NCBI RefSeq assembly: GCF_017744435.1
Contig: NZ_JAGIBG010000001.1
Span: 163,556 to 227,555 of the forward strand
DNA: 64,000 bases
Source: Pseudomonas sp.
GTDB taxonomy: Bacteria; Pseudomonadota; Gammaproteobacteria; Pseudomonadales; Pseudomonadaceae
Direction of reading: 5' to 3'
Shown here: piece by piece, positions 1 through 10,323 of the stretch
Numbering within the stretch: the first letter of the stretch is position 1
Layout of the letters: every line of letters begins with the position of its first letter
The notes under the pieces: generated by a model
Seen by the model: only the letters and a program-made list of their open reading frames with translations
What the model was told of the DNA's origin: nothing
Database searches by the model: none
Program-made: the position numbers and the translations under genes

Positions 1-814
1 TCGGCTTGTGCACGATGACGATCTCGTAGCTGTCCACTTCCGGCAACCCCTGGGCCTGCCCCAGCACCCGGTGCTCGCCGGTCGCCGCCCGCGGTGGCAG
101 CAGGCTGATGCCCATGCCGTCGGCCACTGCCGCCTGGATGCCACTGAGGCTGGAACTGGTGAAGCTGATGCGCCAGCGCCGGCCCATGCCTTCGATGGCA
201 CTGATCATGTCCTCGCGGTAAAGCCCCCGTGGCGGGAAGGTCACGAGCGGAATCGGATCGAGCTCGAACGCCGGCAGGCGCGCACTGTCGATCCACTGCA
301 GGCGCTCGGGCCAGCAGGCCACGCCCTCGCGGCTGTTGCGCCGCTGCTTGAGCAGCACCAAGTCGAGCTCGCCGTTGTCGTAGGCCTGGCTGAGGTCACG
401 GCACAGGCCGCTGGTGACTTCCAGCTTGACCTGCGGGTGCAGGCGGCTGAATGCCGACAGCGCATTGGTGGTGCGCCCGCCGACGAAATCCTCGGGCACG
501 CCCAGGCGCACGGTGACCCCGACCATGGCCCCGGCCAGGGCTTCGAGCATCTGGTCGTTCAGCGCCAGCATGTGCCGGGCATAACCGAGCAAGGTCTGGC
601 CGGCGTCGGTCGGCAACACGTCGCGGTTGCCGCGCACCAGCAGGCGGTGGCCGACCATGTCTTCGAGGCGACGCACCTTCTGGCTGATGGTCGACTGGGT
701 CGAGTGCAGGCGCGCGGCAGCCGTGGTGAAGCTGCCGCAATCGGCCACCACGACGATGGCGCGCAACAGGTCGAGGTCGAACAGGGCTCTATTCGATTTA
801 GCGCTGATGGACAT
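1..814 (-). CDS. LysR-family transcriptional regulator (3' end runs off the window)
   Basis: Manual translation from ATG at 814: MSISAKSNRALFDLDLLRAIVVVADCGSFTTAAARLHSTQSTISQKVRRLEDMVGHRLL, a typical LysR HTH. Not in the ORF track because it is truncated. Confidence 0.9.
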   Translation of the reverse strand, partial: MSISAKSNRALFDLDLLRAIVVVADCGSFTTAAARLHSTQSTISQKVRRLEDMVGHRLLVRGNRDVLPTDAGQTLLGYARHMLALNDQMLEALAGAMVGVTVRLGVPEDFVGGRTTNALSAFSRLHPQVKLEVTSGLCRDLSQAYDNGELDLVLLKQRRNSREGVACWPERLQWIDSARLPAFELDPIPLVTFPPRGLYREDMISAIEGMGRRWRISFTSSSLSGIQAAVADGMGISLLPPRAATGEHRVLGQAQGLPEVDSYEIVIVHKP

Positions 815-879
815 CTTGGTATTCAACTACTGAATGACAAGACTGACTTCTACCACGCCACTCCAGGCCCGGCAACGCA

Positions 880-2670
880 CTAGTCGCCGAGCGCCACACC
901 CTCGCGCCGCGGGTCGGCACCACCGGCCCAACCTTCGGCAGCGCGCTGGATGATCTGCATGCCGCTGGTCATGGTCATCGGCGTGACCTCGTGGCCCCAG
1001 GCAGCCAGCTGCCGGATCAGCGCCGGGCTGGCCAGCCCGGCCTCGACTTCGGTCCCGGCATTGCGGCTGCCGAAGTTGGGCAGGTTGGCCGCCTGTTGCG
1101 GGTCGAGATGCCAGTCCAGCAGGCCGATCAACGCCTTGTTCACGTAGCCGATGATCTGCGAGCCGCCGGGGGAGCCGAGGCTCGCCACCAGCTCGCCGGA
1201 GGCACGCGAGAACACCAGGGTTGGCGCCATCGCCGACAACGGCCGCTTGCCGGGCTGCACCCGGTTGGCCACCGGCTTGCCGTTTTCTGCGGGCAGGAAC
1301 GAAAAGTCGGTCAGGTGGTTGTTCAGCAAAAAGCCGCCGACCATCAGGTGCGAACCGAATGCCGACTCCACCGACGTGGTCATGGCCAGGGCCTGGCCGC
1401 TGTCATCGACGGCAGACAGGTGCGAGGTGGAGATCCGCAGCGGTGAGCGGTCGGGCGCCAGGGCCAGGTTGGCACCCTGCGGGGTGCCCGGGCGGGCGTG
1501 CTTCATGCTGTACTCGCCGACCCGTTTGGCGCGTTCGGCGAGGTAGGCCGGGTCGAGCAACGACTTGACCGGTACCGGCACGTAGTCACTGTCGGCCAGG
1601 TACTGGGCGCGGTCGGCGTAGGCCAGGCGCTCGGCTTCGGCCACCAGGTGCACGGCCTGCGGTGCGGGTTCGAGCCCCGCCACGGAGGTCACCTGGCGTG
1701 GCGGCAGGTCGGCCAGGTCTCGCTGCGCCGAGTTGCGCTGCAGGGCGTCGAGAATGCCCAGTGTCTGCAACACCGTCACTCCACCGGACGACGGCGGTGG
1801 CATGCCGCAGATTTTCCAGGCCTTGTACGGGCCACAGACCGGTTCGCGCTCCTTGGCCTGGTAACGCTGCAAATCTTCGAGCGACAACTGCCCGGCATTG
1901 GCGTGGTGACGCACTTCGTCCACCATGGCCTGGGCAATCTCACCGCCATAGAAGGCATCGACGCCCTGCTGCGCAATGCGCTCGAAGGTCTGCGCGAGCG
2001 CCGGATTGCGCAGGATCGTGCCGACGGCCAGCGGCTTGCCCTGGTCATCCAGGAAGTACTTCGCCATGGCCGGCGAGCGGGCAATGAAGGGGTCGCCGGC
2101 AACTAGCGTGTGCAACCGTTCGGAAACCGCAAAACCATTACGCGCCAAGGCGATTGCCGGCGCGAACAAGTCCTTCCACGGCAGCTTGCCGTGCTGATCA
2201 TGGGCCAGTTTCAGCGCCCGCAGCACGCCCGGCACCCCCACCGAGCGCCCGCCGATCTGCGCTGCGCGAAACGGCATGGGCGAACCATCCGCTTGCAGGA
2301 ACAACGTTTCCGTCACCCCTGCCGGTGCCGCTTCGCGGCCGTCGAAGGCCTGCACGCGCTGGCCATCCCAGTACAGGATGAATGCCCCACCACCGATACC
2401 GCTGGATTGCGGTTCGACCAAGGTCAGCACCATCTGCATGGCAATCGCCGCATCGATAGCGCTGCCACCGGCACGCAGCATTGCCCGCCCGGCCTCGCTG
2501 GCCAGCGGGTTGGCGGCCGCCACCATGTGCCGGCTGGCGTGCACCGGCTGCAGGCCGCTGCGGTAGCCGGACTCCAGCTCCGGTGGCGTAGGCAGCATCT
2601 GGTCGGCCCAGGCACCGCCACTGGCCGCGGCCAGGCACAAGGTGGTGATCAGTGCAGTGGAAACTCTCAT
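880..2670 (-). CDS. ggt: Gamma-glutamyltransferase with signal peptide
   Basis: GGSAIDAAIA, EPQSSGIGGG, DGREAAP, TSHLS catalytic Thr, PGKRPLSAM, GSPGGSQI motifs. Confidence 0.95.
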   Translation of the reverse strand: MRVSTALITTLCLAAASGGAWADQMLPTPPELESGYRSGLQPVHASRHMVAAANPLASEAGRAMLRAGGSAIDAAIAMQMVLTLVEPQSSGIGGGAFILYWDGQRVQAFDGREAAPAGVTETLFLQADGSPMPFRAAQIGGRSVGVPGVLRALKLAHDQHGKLPWKDLFAPAIALARNGFAVSERLHTLVAGDPFIARSPAMAKYFLDDQGKPLAVGTILRNPALAQTFERIAQQGVDAFYGGEIAQAMVDEVRHHANAGQLSLEDLQRYQAKEREPVCGPYKAWKICGMPPPSSGGVTVLQTLGILDALQRNSAQRDLADLPPRQVTSVAGLEPAPQAVHLVAEAERLAYADRAQYLADSDYVPVPVKSLLDPAYLAERAKRVGEYSMKHARPGTPQGANLALAPDRSPLRISTSHLSAVDDSGQALAMTTSVESAFGSHLMVGGFLLNNHLTDFSFLPAENGKPVANRVQPGKRPLSAMAPTLVFSRASGELVASLGSPGGSQIIGYVNKALIGLLDWHLDPQQAANLPNFGSRNAGTEVEAGLASPALIRQLAAWGHEVTPMTMTSGMQIIQRAAEGWAGGADPRREGVALGD

Positions 2671-2787
2671 CGGCGTGCATCCTGCCTTTACCTATTAAGC
2701 GGGCCACTGTGGGTCATGCGCATTCTTAACTTCAAGCCCCGGGGTGATTTTTCTAGGATACGGGCAGGTCATTCAGGAGCCCTTGCC

Positions 2788-3438
2788 ATGCGTTTATCCC
2801 TTGCCGCCCTGGCCCTCGCCCTTTGCACCAGCCTTGCCGCCCACGCCGAGACCACCGCCATGGACAAGCAGTTGCACAGCGCCGCCGCGCACAATGACGT
2901 CAACCGCCTGCATCACTTGCTCAAGCAGGGTGCCGGCCTGGACAGCCGCGATGGCCAGGGGCGCACCGCCTTGCTGGTGGCCACCCATGAGAACCAGGTC
3001 GCAGCAGCGAAAGCACTGATCGAGGCCGGTGCGGATGTGAACGCCAAGGACAACATCGACGACAGCCCCTACCTGTATGCCGGGGCGCGTGGCTTGAATG
3101 AAATTCTGCAGCTGACGCTGAGCCACGGTGCCGACCTCAAGAGCACCAACCGTTACGGCGGCACCGCGCTGATACCGGCGGCCGAGCGCGGGCATGTGGA
3201 CACCGTGCAGATGCTGATCGATGCGGGGGTGGACGTGAATCACCTGAACCGCCTGCACTGGACCGCGCTGCTCGAAGCGGTGATCCTCGGCGATGGCGGG
3301 CCACGCCATGTGGAGATCGTGCGGCGCCTGCTGGCAGCGGGGGCGGATCGGCAGATTGCCGACAAGGATGGGGTGACCGCGCTGGCGCATGCGCGCCAGC
3401 GGGGGTATCAACAGATGGTGCAACTACTCAGCGACTGA
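2788..3438 (+). CDS. Secreted ankyrin-repeat protein
   Basis: Signal peptide MRLSLAALALALCTSLAAHA; repeats GRTALLVA..GADVNAKD, GGTALIPAAERGH..GVDVN; SD aggag upstream of ATG 2788. Confidence 0.88.
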   Translation: MRLSLAALALALCTSLAAHAETTAMDKQLHSAAAHNDVNRLHHLLKQGAGLDSRDGQGRTALLVATHENQVAAAKALIEAGADVNAKDNIDDSPYLYAGARGLNEILQLTLSHGADLKSTNRYGGTALIPAAERGHVDTVQMLIDAGVDVNHLNRLHWTALLEAVILGDGGPRHVEIVRRLLAAGADRQIADKDGVTALAHARQRGYQQMVQLLSD

Positions 3439-3451
3439 GGCCTGCACAGCA

Positions 3452-3540
3452 CCTGTGGGAGCGGGCGTGCCCGCGAAACAGACACCGCGGAGTCAGGCAC
3501 CGGCTTCGCCGGTGTTCGCGGGCTAGCCCGCTCCCACAGG
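3452..3540. repeat. REP doublet (tail-to-tail)
   Basis: TGTGGGAGCGGGCGTGCCCGCGAA ... TTCGCGGGCTAGCCCGCTCCCACAGG. Confidence 0.9.
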
Positions 3541-3566
3541 TTTCGCGTCGAACTCCAGACCTGGCG

Positions 3567-4820
<1,254 letters not shown>

Positions 4821-4883
4821 TTATCCGATGCAAAAAATGCACTTTTAAAAAAAACGTTCGATTAACGGACAGGCGATCACGAC

Positions 4884-5762
4884 ATGAGATCCTCCCTCCC
4901 CGGCGTTCCGCTGTTCCAGTTGTATGGCGAAAACCAGCACTGGCCCGGCACCGACCTGCTGCATTGCGAGTCGATCCCGGCCCGCAGCCGCCTGCACCAT
5001 TGGGAGATCAAGCCGCATCAACACGCCGAGCTGTTTCAGCTGCTGTATGTGCAGCGCGGCAAGGCCGAGGTGGAAATCGAAGGCGTGCGCAGCAGCATTC
5101 TCGAGGCCGCGATACAAGTGGTGCCGCCCCTGACCGTGCATGGCTTTCGCTTCAGCGCCGATATCCAGGGCCATGTGCTGACCTTCGGCACCGCGCTGGT
5201 AGCCGACCTCGAACAGCGCCTGGGCGCGCCGCTGGGCGTGCTGGCGAAAGCGGCGTGTTACCCGCTGGGCAAGGACCGCATCCAGCTGCGTGGCCTGATC
5301 GAAACCTTGCAGCAGGAATACCAGGGCAACGCCCCCGCGCGGGCGGCCATGCTCGAAGCGCTGGTGACCGCGCTGATGGTGTGGATCAGCCGCCGCCAGC
5401 AACTGGGGCAGGCCCCTCGCAACCGCGACGAGCGTGACCGGCAGTTGCTCGGCCAGTACCTGCGGCTGGTCGAGGCGCATTACCGCGAACACCTGTCGGT
5501 GGAGGACTTCGCCGCCCGCCTGAACATCCCCAGCCTGCAGCTCAACCAGCTGTGCCGGGCGCTGAGCGGGCAGACCGCGTTGCAGGTGATCCACCAGCGC
5601 CTGCTGCTGGAGGCACGGCGCAACCTCATCTATACGCGCATGAGCATCGGCCAGCTGTCGGACAGCCTGGGCTTCAGCGACCCGACCTACTTCGCCCGCT
5701 TCTTCAAGCGCCTGAGCGGGCAGACGCCCAATGGCTACCGGCACGCAGTGCAGCCCGACTGA
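4884..5762 (+). CDS. pobR: AraC-family activator of pobA
   Basis: Divergent from pobA; N-terminal cupin (HWEIKPHQH) and C-terminal AraC HTH (LGFSDPTYFARFFKR). Confidence 0.92.
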   Translation: MRSSLPGVPLFQLYGENQHWPGTDLLHCESIPARSRLHHWEIKPHQHAELFQLLYVQRGKAEVEIEGVRSSILEAAIQVVPPLTVHGFRFSADIQGHVLTFGTALVADLEQRLGAPLGVLAKAACYPLGKDRIQLRGLIETLQQEYQGNAPARAAMLEALVTALMVWISRRQQLGQAPRNRDERDRQLLGQYLRLVEAHYREHLSVEDFAARLNIPSLQLNQLCRALSGQTALQVIHQRLLLEARRNLIYTRMSIGQLSDSLGFSDPTYFARFFKRLSGQTPNGYRHAVQPD

Positions 5763-5777
5763 TCTGCTTGGCCGGTA

Positions 5778-5873
5778 CCGGCCTCTTCGCGGGCACGCCC
5801 GCTCCCACAGGTACGGCGCTGTCTTCAAGGCAAGTGAAATCCCTGTGGGAGCGGGCATGCCCGCGAAAGGGCC
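5778..5873. repeat. REP doublet (REPIN)
   Basis: CCGGCCTCTTCGCGGGCACGCCCGCTCCCACAGG plus an inverted copy. Confidence 0.92.
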
Positions 5874-5951
5874 ATCAGCACCACCACACCTGCTTGACGT
5901 ATACGTCAACCTGCCCTCAGGATACTGGCATACCCCACGCCGAGCCCGAGC

Positions 5952-6350
5952 ATGAGCAGCCAGACCTACAGCATCTCCGACCTCTCCCGCGAACTGGACA
6001 TCACCACCCGCGCCATCCGCTTCTATGAGGAACAGGGCCTGCTGAGCCCCGAACGGCGTGGGCTGGAACGCATCTATTCGGCCCGTGACAAAGTCAGCCT
6101 GAAGCTCATCCTGCGCGGCAAGCGCATTGGCTTCTCGCTGGCCGAATGCCGTGAGCTGATCGAGCTGTACGACCCCAGCAGCGGCAACCTCAAGCAGCTG
6201 CACAGCATGCTGGCGAAGATCGCCGAGCGTCGCGCCCAGCTGGAGCAGCAAATGCTCGACATCCACCAGATGCAGCTTGAGCTGGACACCGCCCAGGAGC
6301 GCTGCGAACAAGCCCTGGCTGCCACCCTGAACAACAACGACAAACGCTGA
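5952..6350 (+). CDS. liuR: MerR-family regulator (LiuR-like)
   Basis: YSISDLSRELDITTRAIRFYEEQGLL MerR HTH; precedes HMG-CoA lyase. Confidence 0.8.
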   Translation: MSSQTYSISDLSRELDITTRAIRFYEEQGLLSPERRGLERIYSARDKVSLKLILRGKRIGFSLAECRELIELYDPSSGNLKQLHSMLAKIAERRAQLEQQMLDIHQMQLELDTAQERCEQALAATLNNNDKR

Positions 6351-6363
6351 CAGGAACCCCACC

Positions 6364-7263
6364 ATGCCCATGCCCGCAACAGTCCGCCTGGTCGAAGTCG
6401 GCCCCCGCGACGGCCTGCAGAACGAAGCCCAGCCCATCAGCGTCGCCGACAAGGTGCGCCTGGTCGACGACCTGACCGACGCCGGGCTGAGCTACATCGA
6501 GGTCGGCAGCTTCGTTTCGCCCAAGTGGGTGCCACAGATGGCCGGCTCCGCCGAAGTGTTCGCCGGCATCCGCCAGCGTGCCGGTGTTACCTATGCCGCG
6601 CTGGCACCCAACCTGCGCGGTTTCGAAGACGCCCTGGCAGCCGGGGTAAAGGAAGTGGCGGTGTTCGCCGCCGCTTCCGAAGCCTTCTCCCAGCGCAACA
6701 TCAACTGCTCGATCAGCGAAAGCCTGCAGCGCTTCGAACCGATCATGGAGGCCGCCCGCAGCCATGGCGTGCGGGTGCGCGGTTACGTGTCCTGTGTGCT
6801 GGGTTGCCCTTATGAAGGCAAGGTCAGCGCCGAGCAGGTAGCACCGGTGGCCAGGGCCTTGCACGACATGGGCTGCTACGAGGTATCGCTGGGTGACACC
6901 ATCGGCACCGGCACGGCCGGTGACACCCGTCGGCTGTTCGAAGTGGTGTCGGCCGTGGTGCCCCGCGAGCAGCTGGCCGGCCATTTCCACGACACCTATG
7001 GCCAGGCCCTGGCCAACGTGTATGCCAGCCTGCTCGAAGGCATCAGCGTGTTCGACAGCTCGGTCGCCGGCCTGGGCGGCTGCCCTTATGCCAAGGGCGC
7101 TACCGGCAACATCGCCACCGAGGATGTGCTGTACCTGCTGCAGGGGCTGGGTATCGAAACCGGTATCGACCTCGACCGGCTGATCGCCGCCGGGCAGCGC
7201 ATCAGTGCTGTGCTGGGCCGGGCCAACGGTTCGCGGGTGGCACGTGCGCGCAGTGCACAATGA
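6364..7263 (+). CDS. mvaB: Hydroxymethylglutaryl-CoA lyase
   Basis: EVGPRDGLQNE, HFHDTYG, GLGGCPYA motifs. Confidence 0.95.
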   Translation: MPMPATVRLVEVGPRDGLQNEAQPISVADKVRLVDDLTDAGLSYIEVGSFVSPKWVPQMAGSAEVFAGIRQRAGVTYAALAPNLRGFEDALAAGVKEVAVFAAASEAFSQRNINCSISESLQRFEPIMEAARSHGVRVRGYVSCVLGCPYEGKVSAEQVAPVARALHDMGCYEVSLGDTIGTGTAGDTRRLFEVVSAVVPREQLAGHFHDTYGQALANVYASLLEGISVFDSSVAGLGGCPYAKGATGNIATEDVLYLLQGLGIETGIDLDRLIAAGQRISAVLGRANGSRVARARSAQ

Positions 7264-7296
7264 GTTTCATACAGGTGTCACATGAGTGTGGGTGAG

Positions 7297-7337
7297 TGTT
7301 ACCGCCCCCACAGTTTTCAGCAAAAAATCGGGTAACA
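7297..7337. promoter_or_regulatory. Candidate CbrB enhancer half-sites
   Basis: TGTTAC (7297-7302) and inverted GTAACA (7332-7337), ~85-125 bp upstream of a sigma54 promoter. Confidence 0.65.
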
Positions 7338-7387
7338 GGGAAACAAATCGACAGATTTTCAGGTCGCCCGATTTCGCCAAATCCAGT

Positions 7388-7400
7388 CAAGCTATTGATT
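7388..7400 (-). promoter_or_regulatory. IHF site
   Basis: AATCAATAGCTTG on the minus strand is an exact WATCAANNNNTTR match, lying between enhancer and promoter. Confidence 0.7.
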
Positions 7401-7419
7401 TTAAAGGATTTTCAAAAGT

Positions 7420-7435
7420 TGGCACGGCACCTGCT
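7420..7435 (+). promoter_or_regulatory. Sigma54 (-24/-12) promoter of crcY
   Basis: TGGCACGGCACCTGCT. Confidence 0.85.
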
Positions 7436-7445
7436 ATATGTTTGG

Positions 7446-7800
7446 TACAACAACAAGAAAAACGCGATAACCAATAAAAACAACATGTAACGGCTCTGAC
7501 ATAACAAGAACAACACGGCAGAGACGCAGCAAGCAGATTTTTTTGGAGTCGACAGGCTTTTCAGGGGTTCGCCCCGCGGACTGACACAGAACAATAAAAC
7601 TACCTGAAGGTAGCGGCAGTCAGGCTCGGATCCACAGGATGAAAGCAGGTCAGCGCTCAAAAAAATACGTTTGCTCTTGACCCCGGATGGGGGTCGCACG
7701 CGACACCAAGGCCAGCCTACAAAAACAATAAAAGGCGGCCTCAATAATAAAAAAAGAGCAGGCAACAACGCTTTGAGGGGAGCTTCGGCTCCCCTCAGTG
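7446..7800 (+). ncRNA. crcY: CrcY sRNA (Crc/Hfq-sequestering RNA); ends approximate
   Basis: Non-coding gap after mvaB with six AANAANAA clusters (7449, 7473, 7503, 7590, 7721, 7743), a sigma54 promoter and a terminal hairpin; the position after mvaB matches P. putida crcY. Confidence 0.88.
7774..7797. terminator. Hairpin at the crcY 3' end overlapping the stop codon of the convergent MgtC-like gene
   Basis: TGAGGGGAGC-TTCG-GCTCCCCTCA. Confidence 0.75.
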
Positions 7801-8313
7801 CTTCCTGCCCTCCTCCTCTTTCTGCTTCCCCTCGTCCTGCCCCTCGACCTTCTCCACCACCAGCGGCATCGTGCCCAACACCAACAGCGCCAGCACCGTG
7901 CTGATCAGCGCCGTGGCTTCTCGCCCCATGCCCGCAGCAGTACCGATGGCAGCCGTCATCCACAACCCCGCAGCGGTGGTCAGGCCTTTGACGTGGCTGG
8001 TGTCCTGGCCGTTACCTTTGAGAATCGTCCCCGCACCGAGAAAGCCGATACCGGCGACGATACCCTGGATCACCCGGCTCAAGGCCTGCTCATCGGCACC
8101 GGCCATGCTTGGTGCCAGCACGAACAGCGCCGCGCCCAGCGATACCAGCATGTGCGTGCGCAGCCCGGCGGACTTGCCCCGGTGTTCGCGCTCGAAACCC
8201 AGTACCGCGCCGAGCAAGGCCGCCATCAGCAGACGTACGAGAATCCGCACGACCTCGCGCTCATCGGTGATGTCGGCGAACTCGGACTGGATAGTTTGCC
8301 AGATGAATTCCAT
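7795..8313 (-). CDS. MgtC/SapB-family membrane protein
   Basis: GAVLGFERE..KSAGLRTHMLV, GIGFLGAGTI, GLTTAAGLW motifs. Confidence 0.9.
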   Translation of the reverse strand: MEFIWQTIQSEFADITDEREVVRILVRLLMAALLGAVLGFEREHRGKSAGLRTHMLVSLGAALFVLAPSMAGADEQALSRVIQGIVAGIGFLGAGTILKGNGQDTSHVKGLTTAAGLWMTAAIGTAAGMGREATALISTVLALLVLGTMPLVVEKVEGQDEGKQKEEEGRKH

Positions 8314-8347
8314 GAGTCGGGTACCGGGCTGAAGAGATGTTGTGTCT

Positions 8348-8434
8348 GTGCCGGCCCCTTCGCGGGCACGCCCGCTCCCACAGGTATTGTGCAGCTCTTT
8401 GTGGGAGCGGGCGCGCCCGCGAAGAGGCCGGCAC
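8348..8434. repeat. REP doublet
   Basis: GCCGGCCCCTTCGCGGGCACGCCCGCTCCCACAGG plus an inverted copy. Confidence 0.9.
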
Positions 8435-8551
8435 AGGCGCCTAAGAAAGTTGACCCTTGCACACCCCGCAAAGTGCCCACCCGGCACCCCGATGCAGCAA
8501 CCGTTCACCGCCCGCGGTCATAACCTGTAACCGCCCCCGGAGGACCCGACC

Positions 8552-8791
8552 ATGCCCATCGAGATCGAAGAAAGCACCCAACGCTGCACCCTCATCGGCG
8601 ACAAACTGCGCATCGAAGGCAAAGGCCAGGAAGTCGAGATCATCACCGACGAACAGCTGCACATGTCGGTAGCCATCCTCGCCGGCGAGCGCTTCCCGAT
8701 CACCGAGGCCGAAGCCGACGCGCTGACCGTGATCGGTGCGGTAGATAGTCGCAGACACCTGAAGGCCAGCACGCCAGGCTCCGTGATCTAA
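8552..8791 (+). CDS. Small hypothetical protein (possibly DUF3203)
   Basis: 79 aa, SD ggagg, host-like codon usage; family recalled, not verified. Confidence 0.7.
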   Translation: MPIEIEESTQRCTLIGDKLRIEGKGQEVEIITDEQLHMSVAILAGERFPITEAEADALTVIGAVDSRRHLKASTPGSVI

Positions 8792-8913
8792 GCCTTCGGC
8801 AACATTTGGCGGCAATCTGATACGGTTTTTATCGACCAACCTGAGCCTGTGCTGAAAACAGTTCGGGGGCCATAGTGCTCGTGCCTGATCGAGGCCGTAA
8901 GAGCACCGACGCC

Positions 8914-10284
8914 ATGACCGAACGAATCCATGCCATCCAGATTGCCAGCAATGGCATCCACACCCGCAGCTTCAGCGGCCTGTACCGCACGCTGCGTATT
9001 GCCTTCGCCGGCGCGCTGTTCGTGCTGTTCTTCGGCACCGCCTGGCTCGACTGGAACGGTCGCCAGGCCGTGCTGTGGGACCTGGCCGACAGCAAGTTCC
9101 ACATCTTCGGCGCCACCTTCTGGCCGCAGGACTTCATCCTGCTTTCGGCCTTGCTGATCATCTGTGCCTTCGGCCTGTTCGCCATCACCGTCTACGCCGG
9201 CCGGGTGTGGTGCGGCTACAGCTGCCCGCAAAGCACCTGGACCTGGCTGTTCATGTGGTGCGAGAAGGTCACCGAAGGCGACCGCAACCAGCGCATCAAG
9301 CTTGCCGCCGCACCGTGGAGCCTGAACAAACTGGCCCGGCGCACGCTCAAGCACAGTCTGTGGCTGGCCATCGGCGTACTCACCGGGCTGACCTTCGTCG
9401 GTTACTTCACGCCGATCCGCCCACTGGCCCAAGAACTGTTCACCTTGCAACTGGGCGGCGTGGCGCTGTTCTGGGTGCTGTTCTTCACCGCTGCCACCTA
9501 CCTCAATGCCGGCTGGCTGCGTGAAGCGGTGTGCCTGCACATGTGCCCTTATGCACGCTTCCAGAGCGTGATGTTCGACAAGGACACCCTGGCCGTGGCC
9601 TACGACCCGCGCCGCGGCGAATCCCGCGGCCCGCGCAAGAAAGGCAGTGACGCCCGCGCCCAGGGCCTGGGTGACTGCATCGACTGCACCCTGTGCGTGC
9701 AGGTCTGCCCCACCGGCATCGATATCCGCGACGGCCTGCAGATGGCCTGCATCGGTTGCGCCGCCTGTATCGATGCCTGCGACAACGTCATGGACAAGAT
9801 GGGTTACCCCCGCGGCCTGATCGGCTACAAGTCCGAACACAGCCTGCAAGGCGGCACCACCCATTGGCTGCGCCCGCGCCTGCTGGGTTATGCCGCCGCC
9901 CTGGTGCTGATGGTCGGTGCCCTGGTGGTGGCCCTGCAACTGCGCCCGATGGTGTCGCTGGACGTGATCAAGGACCGTGGCCTGTTCCGCGAGAACGCCC
10001 AAGGCCAGATCGAGAACATCTACCTGCTCAAGGTCATCAACAAGACCGCGCAGCCCCAGCGTTACCACCTGCGCCTGCTCGATGCCGAGGGCTTCGAACT
10101 GCACGGCAACACCGAATTCAGCATCCCGGCCGGGGAAATGAGCGAGCTGCCGGTGTCGGTGGCGCTGCTGGCCGAGCGCCCGGCCAGCAGCTCGCAGGAA
10201 CTGGCCTTCGAAATCCGCGACAGCGACCAGCCCGCCGTGCGCAGCGTGGCCCGCAGCCGCTTCGTGGCGCCACTGAACCGCTGA
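8914..10284 (+). CDS. ccoG: CcoG/FixG-like 4Fe-4S membrane ferredoxin
   Basis: GRVWCGYSCPQ, CLHMCPYARFQ, CIDCTLCVQVCPTGIDIR, CIGCAACIDAC; C-terminal FixG domain. Confidence 0.9.
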   Translation: MTERIHAIQIASNGIHTRSFSGLYRTLRIAFAGALFVLFFGTAWLDWNGRQAVLWDLADSKFHIFGATFWPQDFILLSALLIICAFGLFAITVYAGRVWCGYSCPQSTWTWLFMWCEKVTEGDRNQRIKLAAAPWSLNKLARRTLKHSLWLAIGVLTGLTFVGYFTPIRPLAQELFTLQLGGVALFWVLFFTAATYLNAGWLREAVCLHMCPYARFQSVMFDKDTLAVAYDPRRGESRGPRKKGSDARAQGLGDCIDCTLCVQVCPTGIDIRDGLQMACIGCAACIDACDNVMDKMGYPRGLIGYKSEHSLQGGTTHWLRPRLLGYAAALVLMVGALVVALQLRPMVSLDVIKDRGLFRENAQGQIENIYLLKVINKTAQPQRYHLRLLDAEGFELHGNTEFSIPAGEMSELPVSVALLAERPASSSQELAFEIRDSDQPAVRSVARSRFVAPLNR

Positions 10285-10323
10285 TCCCTTACACTGCTTA
10301 TTCACCTTGCCTGCCGAGCCCCC

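Noticed and set aside
2110-2787. N-terminal extensions of ORF-track calls (e.g. ankyrin 442 aa, AA_synth 265 aa, GlxC 364 aa, NDH 461 aa)
   Set aside because: They overlap neighbouring genes or REPs; downstream ATGs with SD motifs give family-typical lengths, so starts were trimmed
4845-7260. Long minus-strand ORFs (535 aa and 356 aa)
   Set aside because: Shadows of pobR, liuR and mvaB; they also run through a REP doublet
7286-7963. Several short ORFs in the mvaB-mgtC gap
   Set aside because: The region is better explained by the crcY sRNA and its promoter; the ORFs have atypical composition
8792-8913. ANR/FNR box for ccoG
   Set aside because: No TTGAT-N4-ATCAA match found by eye
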